In this document: one piece after another, positions 29,201-36,450 of the stretch
Numbering within the stretch: the first letter of the stretch is position 1
Layout: every line of letters begins with the position of its first letter
IMG/VR virus record: IMGVR_UViG_3300020414_002646
Span: 1-36,450 of that record
DNA: 36,450 nt
Direction: 5' to 3' (one strand)
From: a virus
Lineage: Duplodnaviria > Caudoviricetes
The notes under the pieces: model-generated
What the model was told of the DNA's origin: nothing
The model's input: only the letters and a program-made list of their open reading frames with translations
The model's database searches: none
Translations under genes and position numbers: made by a program

Positions 29201-30371
29201 TACTTCCTTTGAAGGTCAAACTGTTGGTGCTGGTGCTGGGCAAACAACTGGTTATCTTTTAGTTGGTAATGAAATTATTTCATATAATACTGCACCTAAT
29301 ACAACCACTAATACGATTATAATTGGAACTAGAGAAATTGATGGATCAAAATCAAGAACACATGCTTCTGGATCTTTAGTATATAAGTACGAATTAAATG
29401 GCGTATCTTTGACTAGAATTAATAAAGATCATAATATGTCATCAAATTCTGCCTCTATTAATTCAAATAAGACTATTGATACTTATCAAATTGAATTTGA
29501 TAGATCTGGTAGAGGTTCTGGAATAGATCTTCTTTCATTCACGGACGAAAGAAGAGTTGGTGGGAACAATTGTATACTATCACAAAATGTTCAATATGAT
29601 TCAATTCTCCCATTCTATAGTGTATTTGCCCCAGGTAATACATCTTCTTCTGCGTCATTGAGAAGCGTTAGTGCAACTAGTTCTGCTGGTTCTGAAATTT
29701 CTTTCCAAGATGAAGGATATGAACCTATTCAGTTGAATAAAGTTAATTATCTAGATTCGACAAGAATGGTTGCATCACATGTGAACGAATCTGAAAGATT
29801 ATCTGCGTTACCAAGTAACAAGTCGATGACGCTTGCAATCAATTTAAAAGGAACTCAAAATCTTTCACCAACGATTTATATCGGAGGACCTGCGAATGTT
29901 AATCTGTTTAGAAATAGAATTAACAAACCAGTAACAGATTATGCTTCAGATTCTAGAGTAAATGAACTCACTGGCGATCCACATTCTTCTGTTTATATTA
30001 CTAAGAAGATATCTCTATCAAATCCTGCAACTTCATTAAAAGTTATACTATCTGCATATAGACATTTTTCTGCAGATTTTAGAGTTCTATATCAATTATA
30101 TAAATCTGATAGTTCTGAAGTTGAGCAATCTTTTGAATTATTCCCAGGATACGATAATTTAAACGGACAGACTGTAATTAATCCATCCAGGAACAATGGA
30201 AGACCAGATACTTTTGTTAGATCCAGTAAAGAAAATGAATTCTTAGATTATGAGTTTACTGCAGATGATTTAGGAGAGTTTAGTGCATTCAAAATAAAAA
30301 TTGAAATGAGTGGAACGAATGAATCTGAAGTTGTTCAAATCAGAGACTTTAGAGCAATCGCATTATTATGA
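23265..30371 (+). CDS. VrlC-like / DUF4815-like large virion structural protein
   Basis: PYYDDF..RVLFKPG.PVQSREL..LQ, APGADRLKI, RTFEESGNY, RFKSGFVVDDF, DPLAQSF, GSLFKSQN..TW motifs. Confidence 0.85.
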   Translation: MSQKTNLNTSPYYDDFDPGKNFHRVLFKPGYPVQSRELSNLQSILQDQVEKFGSHFFKEGSSVNRGQTWYDSQYYAVKIKSSISGVDVSLYLNELVGKTIKGQDTQVKGVVRKVLTTLESDDNVNTIYVKYNQGDTGFEFKPFSDGESLITDDSVTYGNTTIASGDIVAECIDFNATSIGSAYSIGESIYFIRGHFINVSAQEIILDQYTNSPTYRIGLEISEELINAKQDNSLFDNAKGFSNFAAPGADRLKISTKLVKKRIDDFDDRNFVELERILNGVIVERKDPRSEYNLLEDYFAQRTFEESGNYSLQDYKVEVQNSLNDRINSNGIFLSNERTQDNNIPSEDLLTLKVSPGTSYVEGYKIDTRTAFIDLKKPRETTKLTETLIPFEMGNLIRVNNVSGTPLVGIDNSSYLNLQNQRKGGTTSATGTTIGQARVYSFASNETYENNSSSWDLYLFDVQTYTQLTLNTSASISESTYIKGRSSGASGYAVATTSGVEVNLRQTSGSFIAGEQLIINGVTETNRSIKSIRVYTTEDIKSVYQDTSAVSGFSTDFVADSVLSNKKVSQFSIVDTLDINGGIATCAGKNFVGIKSDSIIRYQRAGFSTPTFNRVESVSTDGLTLNLVGVATVANVCDGAVDTDEEVTFSVISPTLIDEEKAFLYAELPAKNVSEVSFLNSNINVNAQATGKSTSSTGELTVTLTDVGITSAFFDGFDTDKYSVMYEDGTIESLTQDQFSVTNNIVTIKGLKQSESNVVVNTSLKKSSVANKVKQLSRSQKTLVTRTRSGISTSYGLTSSSYHGLRVEDDQISLNTADATNLIAVYESLDGNSPSLDSLTFNASLQLNTNAILGEKIVGATSGAIAQIVTLVSAQEIEFVYLNDKKFSTGEVINFQESLIESSLVSISVGNYINRTGDYRLDNGQREQLYDYSRIVKSNNVVSPSRRLLIIFDKYVDSNSTGDLFTVNSYNTDISDIPLLSSGIRNSDILDFRPKVSDFNPDTATKSPFDFEARDFSSTTFNVISPNESSTLRYSNYLPRTDRLILGKDGIFKLITGKSAINAPEPNDRFEGMEIATISLPAYLFDVRDVSINLRDNRRFTMRDIRRIEDRVETLEKVTSLSLLELDTKSIEIQDNDGFNRFKSGFVVDDFKDFNVIDINNPDVNANLDVEHSVLTSDRDEFSLKTILAPASSINLNTLDYSTDYELLDSNLQKTGDLVTLKYEEVEWGILTQPLATRVSNVNPFNVVSTTGSIALNPQNDTWTRTVVIQGQARTRWLAWWDFANETFNDRLTQELFSSTADPFMRSRNVSFHASAINPYTRFYPSLDSNRQIDIIPKLLEINMVSGVFQVGETVEGFVGDERVISFRVASQDHKSGPYDAISTTPNSRFYPSNPYDNPIVVPLSGYNASSSVLNVDLDSLCQEAIGEFSGRVEVGMTLLGTTSGAEATLARNRLITDSQGQVLGSFFIRDPNATPQPSVKISTGSKVFKLSSSITDESLLPEGYVISNAEGEYTAEGTLETMEEFLLTVRRRNPPPPPPPPPAPRANRGDPLAQSFAVTDESGFISSVDLWFQQKDEFQPITVEIRPMELGLPTDRLLGSNATVDVFPDSINVSADANDSAYTRVTFPSPVFVERGREYAIVILSPFTNNYYAWLARMGEQTIETKNLPDSESVVYSRQYVGGSLFKSQNGTTWTADQLDDLKFRVNKCSFTSTEGTAYFYNPSLQRTKNTRDFNSPSTYSTVNNPITVYPRKLTVGLQTTTDSGSILTIGRKVGVADTTTGIIEQVGGNINGNPSITNVGTGYSTGTFYNVSLYNITGSGIGATATVVADSDGEISSVTIGSTGLGYVQGDVLGITTSDVIKGDGARLTVSSTHGINRLYLTDVVGETFYPNATTPLVYYVGNTSVSLGSTYTTSSSVTEDKYSGNVFEVIDHSHGMHASNNVVRISGVLPTSSAVKTTEEITTESTTITLENVGIFTSFEGQTVGAGAGQTTGYLLVGNEIISYNTAPNTTTNTIIIGTREIDGSKSRTHASGSLVYKYELNGVSLTRINKDHNMSSNSASINSNKTIDTYQIEFDRSGRGSGIDLLSFTDERRVGGNNCILSQNVQYDSILPFYSVFAPGNTSSSASLRSVSATSSAGSEISFQDEGYEPIQLNKVNYLDSTRMVASHVNESERLSALPSNKSMTLAINLKGTQNLSPTIYIGGPANVNLFRNRINKPVTDYASDSRVNELTGDPHSSVYITKKISLSNPATSLKVILSAYRHFSADFRVLYQLYKSDSSEVEQSFELFPGYDNLNGQTVINPSRNNGRPDTFVRSSKENEFLDYEFTADDLGEFSAFKIKIEMSGTNESEVVQIRDFRAIALL

Positions 30372-30571
30372 TTAGAGTTGAAGGTCATAAAAATCTCAAA
30401 AGAGATGAAGAGACTGGTGCTATCATTAACACTGATAGCACCGAATATAATAGATATTTGAATAACAAAAGAAATAGAAAAACTCAAAAAAATGAAATAG
30501 ATGAAATAAAAAGTGATATTACGGAAATCAAATCAATTTTGATGCAACTCTTGAAAGAGAAGAACTCATAA
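30368..30571 (+). CDS. small conserved protein with coiled-coil C-terminus
   Basis: MIRVEGHKNLKRDEETGAIINTD; overlaps the upstream stop. Confidence 0.8.
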   Translation: MIRVEGHKNLKRDEETGAIINTDSTEYNRYLNNKRNRKTQKNEIDEIKSDITEIKSILMQLLKEKNS

Positions 30572-30579
30572 TATAAATA
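30572..30579 (+). promoter_or_regulatory. T4-type late promoter
   Basis: TATAAATA in an intergenic gap. Confidence 0.8.
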
Positions 30580-30607
30580 CCTTATAGAAGAAAAAAACTC
30601 TAGATTT

Positions 30608-30946
30608 ATGTCAGTATATGTATCAAATATTGTAATTGAATCTGGCGCGACTTTTGAATCTGTTTTTGAATTTGAAGAGTATACTAACGAAACTGCGCTC
30701 AATTTGACTGGCAATACGGTTTCAGCGCAATTGAGAAAGCATTATGGCAGTTCTACTGCTGTTTCTTTTGCTTCGACAATTACTAATCCTACTACAGGAA
30801 GAATTACTATCGAATTAAGTGCGACACAAACATCCTCTTTAAAGCAAGGAAGATATGTTTATGACATACTGGTAGAAGATCTACAAGGCGAAAAAACTAA
30901 ACTTGTCGAAGGATCTGCAATTGTTCGTCCCGGAGTAACGAGGTAA
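30608..30946 (+). CDS. Ig-like virion adaptor/baseplate-associated protein
   Basis: GATF..F, LTG..SAQLRKH, G.ITIELS..QT..LK.GRYVYDI pattern typical of phage fibre-attachment beta-sandwich proteins. Confidence 0.7.
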   Translation: MSVYVSNIVIESGATFESVFEFEEYTNETALNLTGNTVSAQLRKHYGSSTAVSFASTITNPTTGRITIELSATQTSSLKQGRYVYDILVEDLQGEKTKLVEGSAIVRPGVTR

Positions 30947-30950
30947 TTAA

Positions 30951-31916
30951 ATGCCAAAAGTTCTTGTTTCAGTAAAAGATCGAGTAGGTTCTGAAAACGT
31001 TGTAAGAGTTTTAAAACATGCAGGATCTGCTGCAGGCAAAATAGTTGATCTTGGAGACGTTATTAGTAATGTTAGGGATGATGGATCGCTATTAGTTTAT
31101 GATGCACCAACTTCGAAATTTGTACTGACCAATACTATTGATGGTCTAGTAAAGATCACTAATACAACCGAATCAATATCGCCTTCTACTGGAGCATTAA
31201 CAGTTTCTGGTGGTGTAGGTGTAGGTGGAGGTCTTCGTGTTGCAGGAATTGCAACATTTGGCACAAGTACTGTTGTGATTGATGGTACTGGTGATACGAT
31301 CTCTATTGGAGAAGACCTTGTTATTGGTGCAAACCTAATAGAAAGTCCTAACTTACTTATTAGTGGAATCAGTACACTTGGTTCTAATGGAGGTATAACT
31401 ACAACAGGTGGAGATTTATTTGTAGGTCAAGGTCTTCAAGTTGCCGGTGTTTCTACATTTATAGGGCAAGCAACTTTCAAAGGAGGAACTATAAATCTTG
31501 GGGATGAAAATACTGATGATATTAATGTAAGTGGAGAATTTATATCCAATTTAGTTCCTAATGAATCAAATTTATATGATTTAGGAAAGGAAAGTAAAAA
31601 GTGGAGAGATTTATATATTTCCAGAAATTCATTTATTTCTGGAATAACTTCAACAAACAATTTATATGTTGTTGGAGTATCTACTTTTACAAATACTCTT
31701 AATGTAACTGGTATAGTAACTGTTACTGAAGGTCTTTATTATGATACTGATGATTTTGATGGTCCTAATGGAATTGCATATTTTAATAATAGTGGAAAAT
31801 TAGTAAGTGCTACCAGTGACACTACAGAAACTATTACTGAAACTAATCTTATTCTTACAACAAACTCTTCTGGAGTTCCTAAATGGTCTTCAGTTATAGA
31901 TGGAGGAACCTTTTGA
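30951..31916 (+). CDS. short tail-fibre-like structural protein
   Basis: STGALTVSGGVGVGG, repeated (V/I)xG(V/I)STF, YDLG...KWRDLY, C-terminal IDGGTF. Confidence 0.7.
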   Translation: MPKVLVSVKDRVGSENVVRVLKHAGSAAGKIVDLGDVISNVRDDGSLLVYDAPTSKFVLTNTIDGLVKITNTTESISPSTGALTVSGGVGVGGGLRVAGIATFGTSTVVIDGTGDTISIGEDLVIGANLIESPNLLISGISTLGSNGGITTTGGDLFVGQGLQVAGVSTFIGQATFKGGTINLGDENTDDINVSGEFISNLVPNESNLYDLGKESKKWRDLYISRNSFISGITSTNNLYVVGVSTFTNTLNVTGIVTVTEGLYYDTDDFDGPNGIAYFNNSGKLVSATSDTTETITETNLILTTNSSGVPKWSSVIDGGTF

Positions 31917-31922
31917 TAAATA
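31915..31922 (+). promoter_or_regulatory. late promoter
   Basis: GATAAATA upstream of the AGGAG RBS of gp13. Confidence 0.65.
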
Positions 31923-31941
31923 AATTCAAAGGAGCATAAAT

Positions 31942-32781
31942 ATGGCAAAACCAACAACCAGACAAGAATTAATTGATTATTGCCTTAGAAGACTTGGTGC
32001 TCCGGTATTGGAGATAAATGTTGATGATGACCAGATCGATGATCTGGTTGATGATGCTGTACAATATTTTCAAGAAAGACACTTTGATGGTGTCGAAAGA
32101 ATGTATTTAAAATATAAAATTAGTCAAGATGATATTGATAGAGGAAAAGCAACTGGGACTAGCGGAGTTGGTATTGTAACTACAACAGGAACATCTACAA
32201 TAGTTGGATCTGCAACTACTTTCAGTTTTTATGAAAACTCAAATTACATTCAGGTTCCTGATTCAGTAATTGGAATTGAAAAAATATTTAAATTTGATAC
32301 TAGTTCAATTTCGGGAGGAATGTTCAGTATTAAATACCAACTGTTTTTAAATGATATGTATTATTTCAACTCTGTTGAATTGATGCAGTATTCTATGGTA
32401 AAAACATATTTGGAAGATATAGATTACTTACTAACAACTGATAAACAAATTAGATTCAATAAAAGGCAAGATAGATTATATCTCGATATTGATTGGGCAT
32501 CTCAAACTAAAGATACTTATTTTGTCATCGATTGTTATAGAGCATTAGATCCTACTTCATTTACGCAAATTTATAATGATTCTTTCTTGAAGAAATACTT
32601 AACTGCTCTTATCAAAAGACAATGGGGTCAAAATTTAATTAAATTTAGAGGGGTTAAACTTCCTGGCGGGATAGAACTGAATGGCAGAGAACTATATGAA
32701 GATGCCGAAAGGGAAATAGATCAATTGAAGCAAACTATGTCTCTAGAGCATGAATTACCACCCTTAGATCTTATTGGATAA
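31942..32781 (+). CDS. gp13: neck protein gp13
   Basis: LIDYCLRRLGAPVLEINV, KRQWGQNL.KF.GV.LPGG..LNG. Confidence 0.95.
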   Translation: MAKPTTRQELIDYCLRRLGAPVLEINVDDDQIDDLVDDAVQYFQERHFDGVERMYLKYKISQDDIDRGKATGTSGVGIVTTTGTSTIVGSATTFSFYENSNYIQVPDSVIGIEKIFKFDTSSISGGMFSIKYQLFLNDMYYFNSVELMQYSMVKTYLEDIDYLLTTDKQIRFNKRQDRLYLDIDWASQTKDTYFVIDCYRALDPTSFTQIYNDSFLKKYLTALIKRQWGQNLIKFRGVKLPGGIELNGRELYEDAEREIDQLKQTMSLEHELPPLDLIG

Positions 32782-34223
32782 TGGCACTTAATCCCTTCTT
32801 TCTTCACGGAACTTCTAGTGAGCAATTTCTTGTTCAGGATTTAATAAATGAACATATTAGAATGTTTGGGATGGATATCACTTACATTCCCAGAAAACTG
32901 ATTGATACTGATGATGTGCTCAATGAAGTGCAATCATCAAAATTTGATGATAATTTTATTCTAGAGGCATATTTAAATACTTATGAGGGTCATACAGGTC
33001 AAGGAGATCTTATGACAAAATTTGGCATTTCTTTAAGGGACGAAATAACTTTAACTATTTCAAAAGAAAGATTTGAAGATTTTATTTCACCATTTTTGAT
33101 TGGTAGACTTGATGCTTTAGAAGATGATCCAAATTATGATGATGGTGCTACAGTAAGCATAAGTACTAGACCTAAAGAAGGAGATTTAATATATTTTCCA
33201 TTATCATCAAGATTGTTTGAAATTAAATTTGTAGAGCATGAAAGTCCCTTTTATCAATTAAATAAGAACTATACTTACGAATTAAAGTGTGAATTATTCG
33301 AGTATGGGAATGAAATTATTGATACAAATATAACTGATATTGATGAATTGATTGACGACCAGGGATATCTTGTAGACCTTACTTTAGTTTCTGCAGGAAC
33401 AACTGCAACTGCAACTGCAACAATTGGAACTGGTTACATTAGAGAAATATTCATAAATGATGATGGATATAATTACACTTCTGCTCCAAATATTGCAATA
33501 ACTGCCGCACCAGCTGGTGGAACTAATGCCAGTGCTGTAGCAACATTAAAAACTGTTTCTGGTCGCAAATCAATAGATCAGATACTTTTAACTAATGCTG
33601 GTGCTGGATATACTGTATCTCCCACAATTACAATAAGTGGTGGTGGAGGTACAGGTGCTGCCGCAACTTGTTCTGTTGGTGTTGGTATTACTGGCGTTAT
33701 TTCTCTAGCAATAGATAATTTTGGATCTGGATCTAATTATGTTGCAGCACCAACTGTAACCATAGCAGGACCAGGATCTGGAACAACAGCAACAGCAAAT
33801 TCAATTCTTTATTCTGGAAACATTCCTTCTAGATTCAATACTGTAGATTCTCTAAGAATTATAAATCCTGGTGCAGGATATACTGTAGCACCTACTGTAA
33901 CTATATCTGATCCAGAAGGTTTATCTGTATCCGGAATTGGAACATTTGAACTTGGAGAAAAAGTTACTGGAGGAACTTCAGGTGCTACCGGAAGAGTTAG
34001 AAATTGGAGTAAGGATGATCTCATATTACGTGTTGGTAATGTTTCTGGAACATTCACCGATGGGGAAGTTATAACAGGAGCAGATTCTAATGCGGTTTAT
34101 GCATTCAGATCCTCTACAGAAAATGAAACCATCAATGATAAATACCAAGATAACTTGGATATTGAATCTGAAGCGGATTCAATTCTAGACTTTACAGAAT
34201 CTAATCCCTTTGGAACTTACTAA
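32781..34223 (+). CDS. gp14: neck protein gp14 with repeat insertion
   Basis: LNPFF, YIPR, KFG, RPKEGDLIYFP, FEIKFVEHE.PFYQL, C-terminal DFTESNPFG. Confidence 0.95.
   Translation: MALNPFFLHGTSSEQFLVQDLINEHIRMFGMDITYIPRKLIDTDDVLNEVQSSKFDDNFILEAYLNTYEGHTGQGDLMTKFGISLRDEITLTISKERFEDFISPFLIGRLDALEDDPNYDDGATVSISTRPKEGDLIYFPLSSRLFEIKFVEHESPFYQLNKNYTYELKCELFEYGNEIIDTNITDIDELIDDQGYLVDLTLVSAGTTATATATIGTGYIREIFINDDGYNYTSAPNIAITAAPAGGTNASAVATLKTVSGRKSIDQILLTNAGAGYTVSPTITISGGGGTGAAATCSVGVGITGVISLAIDNFGSGSNYVAAPTVTIAGPGSGTTATANSILYSGNIPSRFNTVDSLRIINPGAGYTVAPTVTISDPEGLSVSGIGTFELGEKVTGGTSGATGRVRNWSKDDLILRVGNVSGTFTDGEVITGADSNAVYAFRSSTENETINDKYQDNLDIESEADSILDFTESNPFGTY
34137..34144 (+). promoter_or_regulatory. 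possible late promoter internal to gp14
   Basis: GATAAATA about 80 nt upstream of gp15. Confidence 0.35.
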
Positions 34224-35020
34224 TGCTAGGAACTTACTATTATCACGAAATAATTAGAAAAACAATTGTTGCATTTGGAACATTGTTTAATGATATTCAT
34301 ATCCAGCACGAAAATAGTTCCGGTGGAACTCTAAGTGATATGAAAGTTCCTTTAGCATATGCACCAGTGCAAAAATTCTTGGCGAGAATTGATCAACAAA
34401 CAGATTTAAACAAACCAGTTCAGATTACACTCCCAAGAATGTCATTTGAAATGACGGGTCTTAATTATGATGCCACAAGAAAAACTTCAGTTACTTCTAC
34501 ATTTAAGGCATCTGATGGGACGAATATGAAAAAAGTTTATATGCCTGTTCCATATAATATTAATTTTGAACTCAATATTTTAAGTAAATTGAATGAAGAT
34601 TCTCTTCAAATCATAGAACAAATTTTGCCATATTTTCAACCATCATTTAATGTTACGGTAGATTTAATTAGTTCTATTGGAGAGAAGAAAGATATTCCTA
34701 TTATTTTGAATTCTATAGGATTTCAAGATGATTATGAGGGAGATTTTAGTACAAGAAGAGCTCTAATATATACATTACAATTCACCGCAAAGACTTATCT
34801 CTTCGGACCTGTTGCAGAATCCACTGATGGATTAATTAAAAAGGTTATTGTTGATCAACATGATGGTGTTGATACACAAAAAGCAAAAAGATCTATCAGA
34901 TATACTGTTACTCCAGATCCAAGCACTGCTGGACCTGATGATGATTTTGGATTTAGCGAAACAGTAGATTTCTTCACAGATTCTAAAAAATATAGTCCAA
35001 CAAGACAAACTGACATCTGA
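34223..35020 (+). CDS. gp15: tail sheath stabilizer / completion protein gp15
   Basis: FGTLFN, VPLAYAP..KF, LPRMSFE, PVPYN, QIIEQILPYFQP. Confidence 0.95.
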   Translation: MLGTYYYHEIIRKTIVAFGTLFNDIHIQHENSSGGTLSDMKVPLAYAPVQKFLARIDQQTDLNKPVQITLPRMSFEMTGLNYDATRKTSVTSTFKASDGTNMKKVYMPVPYNINFELNILSKLNEDSLQIIEQILPYFQPSFNVTVDLISSIGEKKDIPIILNSIGFQDDYEGDFSTRRALIYTLQFTAKTYLFGPVAESTDGLIKKVIVDQHDGVDTQKAKRSIRYTVTPDPSTAGPDDDFGFSETVDFFTDSKKYSPTRQTDI

Positions 35021-35025
35021 TTTTT

Positions 35026-35478
35026 ATGAGTGATAATTATGACGCTATAGATGAAGCTCTAAATGTAGAGAGTCAAATCGTTGACACCAAGTCTTCATCA
35101 GATTTAAAAATTTCTGAAAAGTTGGAAAATAAACCAACTGATGTTAGAAAAGATTATGAATATACCAGAGCAAATTTGTACTCTCTAATTGAAAAGGGAC
35201 AAGAAGCAATTAACGGGATTATGGAAGTTGCTGGCGAAGGTGCCAGTCCTAGAGCATATGAAGTTGCCGGACAATTGATTAAAAGTGTTGCTGATACTAC
35301 AGATAAATTAATAGATCTGCAGAAAAAACTGAAAGATGTTGAAGAAGTAACAACAAAAACAACTAATAATGTAACTAATAACGCAGTTTTTGTTGGATCA
35401 ACTTCGGATCTTCAAAAAATGCTGAAACAAGGTTTTCTAAATAGTAATAACGCAGACAATAAAAATGAAGAAGTGTAA
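35026..35478 (+). CDS. gp16: terminase small subunit gp16
   Basis: DYEYTRANLY, PRAYEVAGQLIK, NNAVFVGSTSDLQK; follows gp15. Confidence 0.9.
   Translation: MSDNYDAIDEALNVESQIVDTKSSSDLKISEKLENKPTDVRKDYEYTRANLYSLIEKGQEAINGIMEVAGEGASPRAYEVAGQLIKSVADTTDKLIDLQKKLKDVEEVTTKTTNNVTNNAVFVGSTSDLQKMLKQGFLNSNNADNKNEEV
35436..35443 (+). promoter_or_regulatory. late promoter variant inside the gp16 3' end
   Basis: TCTAAATA about 21 nt upstream of ATG 35465. Confidence 0.55.
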
Positions 35479-36450
35479 GCAGGGTTATTACTACTGCTAT
35501 AAGGATAAAAAATGTAAGCGAATTCCTACAGGATATCGTGTAGGTCTTGGTGGTTGGTTGCGTAAAGGAGAAGAAAAGGAAGACACTGAAGATGCAGATA
35601 ACCAGAATGGCAATGGAAATGGGAATGGGAACTCTAATGGGGGTTCTAATGGCGGAGGCGTCTCCGAAGGTTGGAGTGCAAAATATAAAAAATCAATCGA
35701 TTGCAATAACCCAAAAGGATTCTCTCAAAAAGCACATTGTCAAGGAAGAAAGAAAATGAATGAAGGAACTCTCCATAAATGGTTCAAAGGATCTAAATCA
35801 AAAGATGGTAAAGGTGGTTGGGTTAATGTCGTTACAGGTGGAACTTGTGCAAGTGATGAACCTGGCGAAGGAACTCCGAAGTGCGTCTCTTCCGCAAAGA
35901 GAGCAAGTATGAGTAAAAAAGAAAGACTATCTGCTTCTAGAAGAAAGAAAGCAGCAGATCCAGGTCAACAACAAAAAACTGGTGCTGCAAAACCAACCTA
36001 TGTTTCTACGGACAAAAAGAAAATGAAAAAAGAAGAAGTAGAAATTATTGAGGCAAAAGATAAGAAAGGGAAAGGTAGTGGCACAAAAGATGCTTGCTAT
36101 CATAAAGTCAAGTCACGTTATTCTGTATGGCCTTCTGCATATGCATCTGGTGCATTAGTTAAGTGCCGTAAAGTTGGTGCTGCTAATTGGGGAAATAAAT
36201 CAGAATCTGTAGAGTTTTCAAATTGGAGAGATGATTTCAAAGCACTGGAAATTGAATCTATTGATATTATCAAAGCAGAACCAATTGAAGGTGGAGTAGT
36301 TGAAGAAGGGAAAAAGTGCTGGCCTGGATATGAGAAGAAGGGCACCAAAAAGATGTTTGGTAAGACCTATAATAACTGTGTGAAGAAAGAAGAAACTGAG
36401 ATTGAGGAAGGTAAGTATTCTAGTTCAGTCAGAGCCACCTATGGTGGAAA
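35465..36450 (+). CDS. modular Lys/Cys-rich protein, probable capsid-internal polyprotein (partial, >328 aa)
   Basis: Open frame from ATG 35465 (MKKCKQGYYYC...) to the window end, absent from the track because there is no stop; includes WPSAYASGALVKC and LHKWFK..WV (DUF5872-like) and CWPGY modules. Confidence 0.8.
   Translation, partial: MKKCKQGYYYCYKDKKCKRIPTGYRVGLGGWLRKGEEKEDTEDADNQNGNGNGNGNSNGGSNGGGVSEGWSAKYKKSIDCNNPKGFSQKAHCQGRKKMNEGTLHKWFKGSKSKDGKGGWVNVVTGGTCASDEPGEGTPKCVSSAKRASMSKKERLSASRRKKAADPGQQQKTGAAKPTYVSTDKKKMKKEEVEIIEAKDKKGKGSGTKDACYHKVKSRYSVWPSAYASGALVKCRKVGAANWGNKSESVEFSNWRDDFKALEIESIDIIKAEPIEGGVVEEGKKCWPGYEKKGTKKMFGKTYNNCVKKEETEIEEGKYSSSVRATYGG

Noticed and set aside
8171-30371. 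Inteins or introns explaining the giant ORFs
   Set aside because: No Hint-type C...HN splice motifs, homing endonuclease motifs or frame interruptions noticed.
35547-35759. 70-aa + strand ORF in the track
   Set aside because: Alternative frame of the longer ORF starting at 35465; its MEMGMG pattern is a frameshifted reading of the NG repeat.

Overview
Segment of a T4-like cyanophage (Kyanoviridae-like myovirus) genome. Almost all coding is on the + strand. Bases 1-3480 are an early/regulatory region: divergent sigma70-type promoters with palindromes and CGAG iterations, four copies of a bipartite early-promoter element, small hypothetical ORFs, a ligase-superfamily-like nucleotidyltransferase and a gene with a canonical NtcA-type promoter. 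Bases 3500-5800 hold an AbrB-like protein, a GT-A glycosyltransferase and small conserved ORFs, one with a riboswitch-like leader. Bases 5826-35478 are the AT-rich late structural module with T4-type late promoters: gp25, gp6, a 4495-aa gp7-like wedge protein (YHYH-like domain, inserted 7-blade FG-GAP propeller), gp8, a VrlC/DUF4815-like protein, small adaptor/fibre genes, gp13, gp14, gp15 and gp16. The window ends inside an ORF missing from the supplied track (35465->end). It looks like a polyprotein of Lys-rich, Cys-paired peptide modules separated by prohead-protease-like (hydrophobic-X-Glu) sites. All family assignments come from recognising motifs and synteny by eye; no database searches were run.
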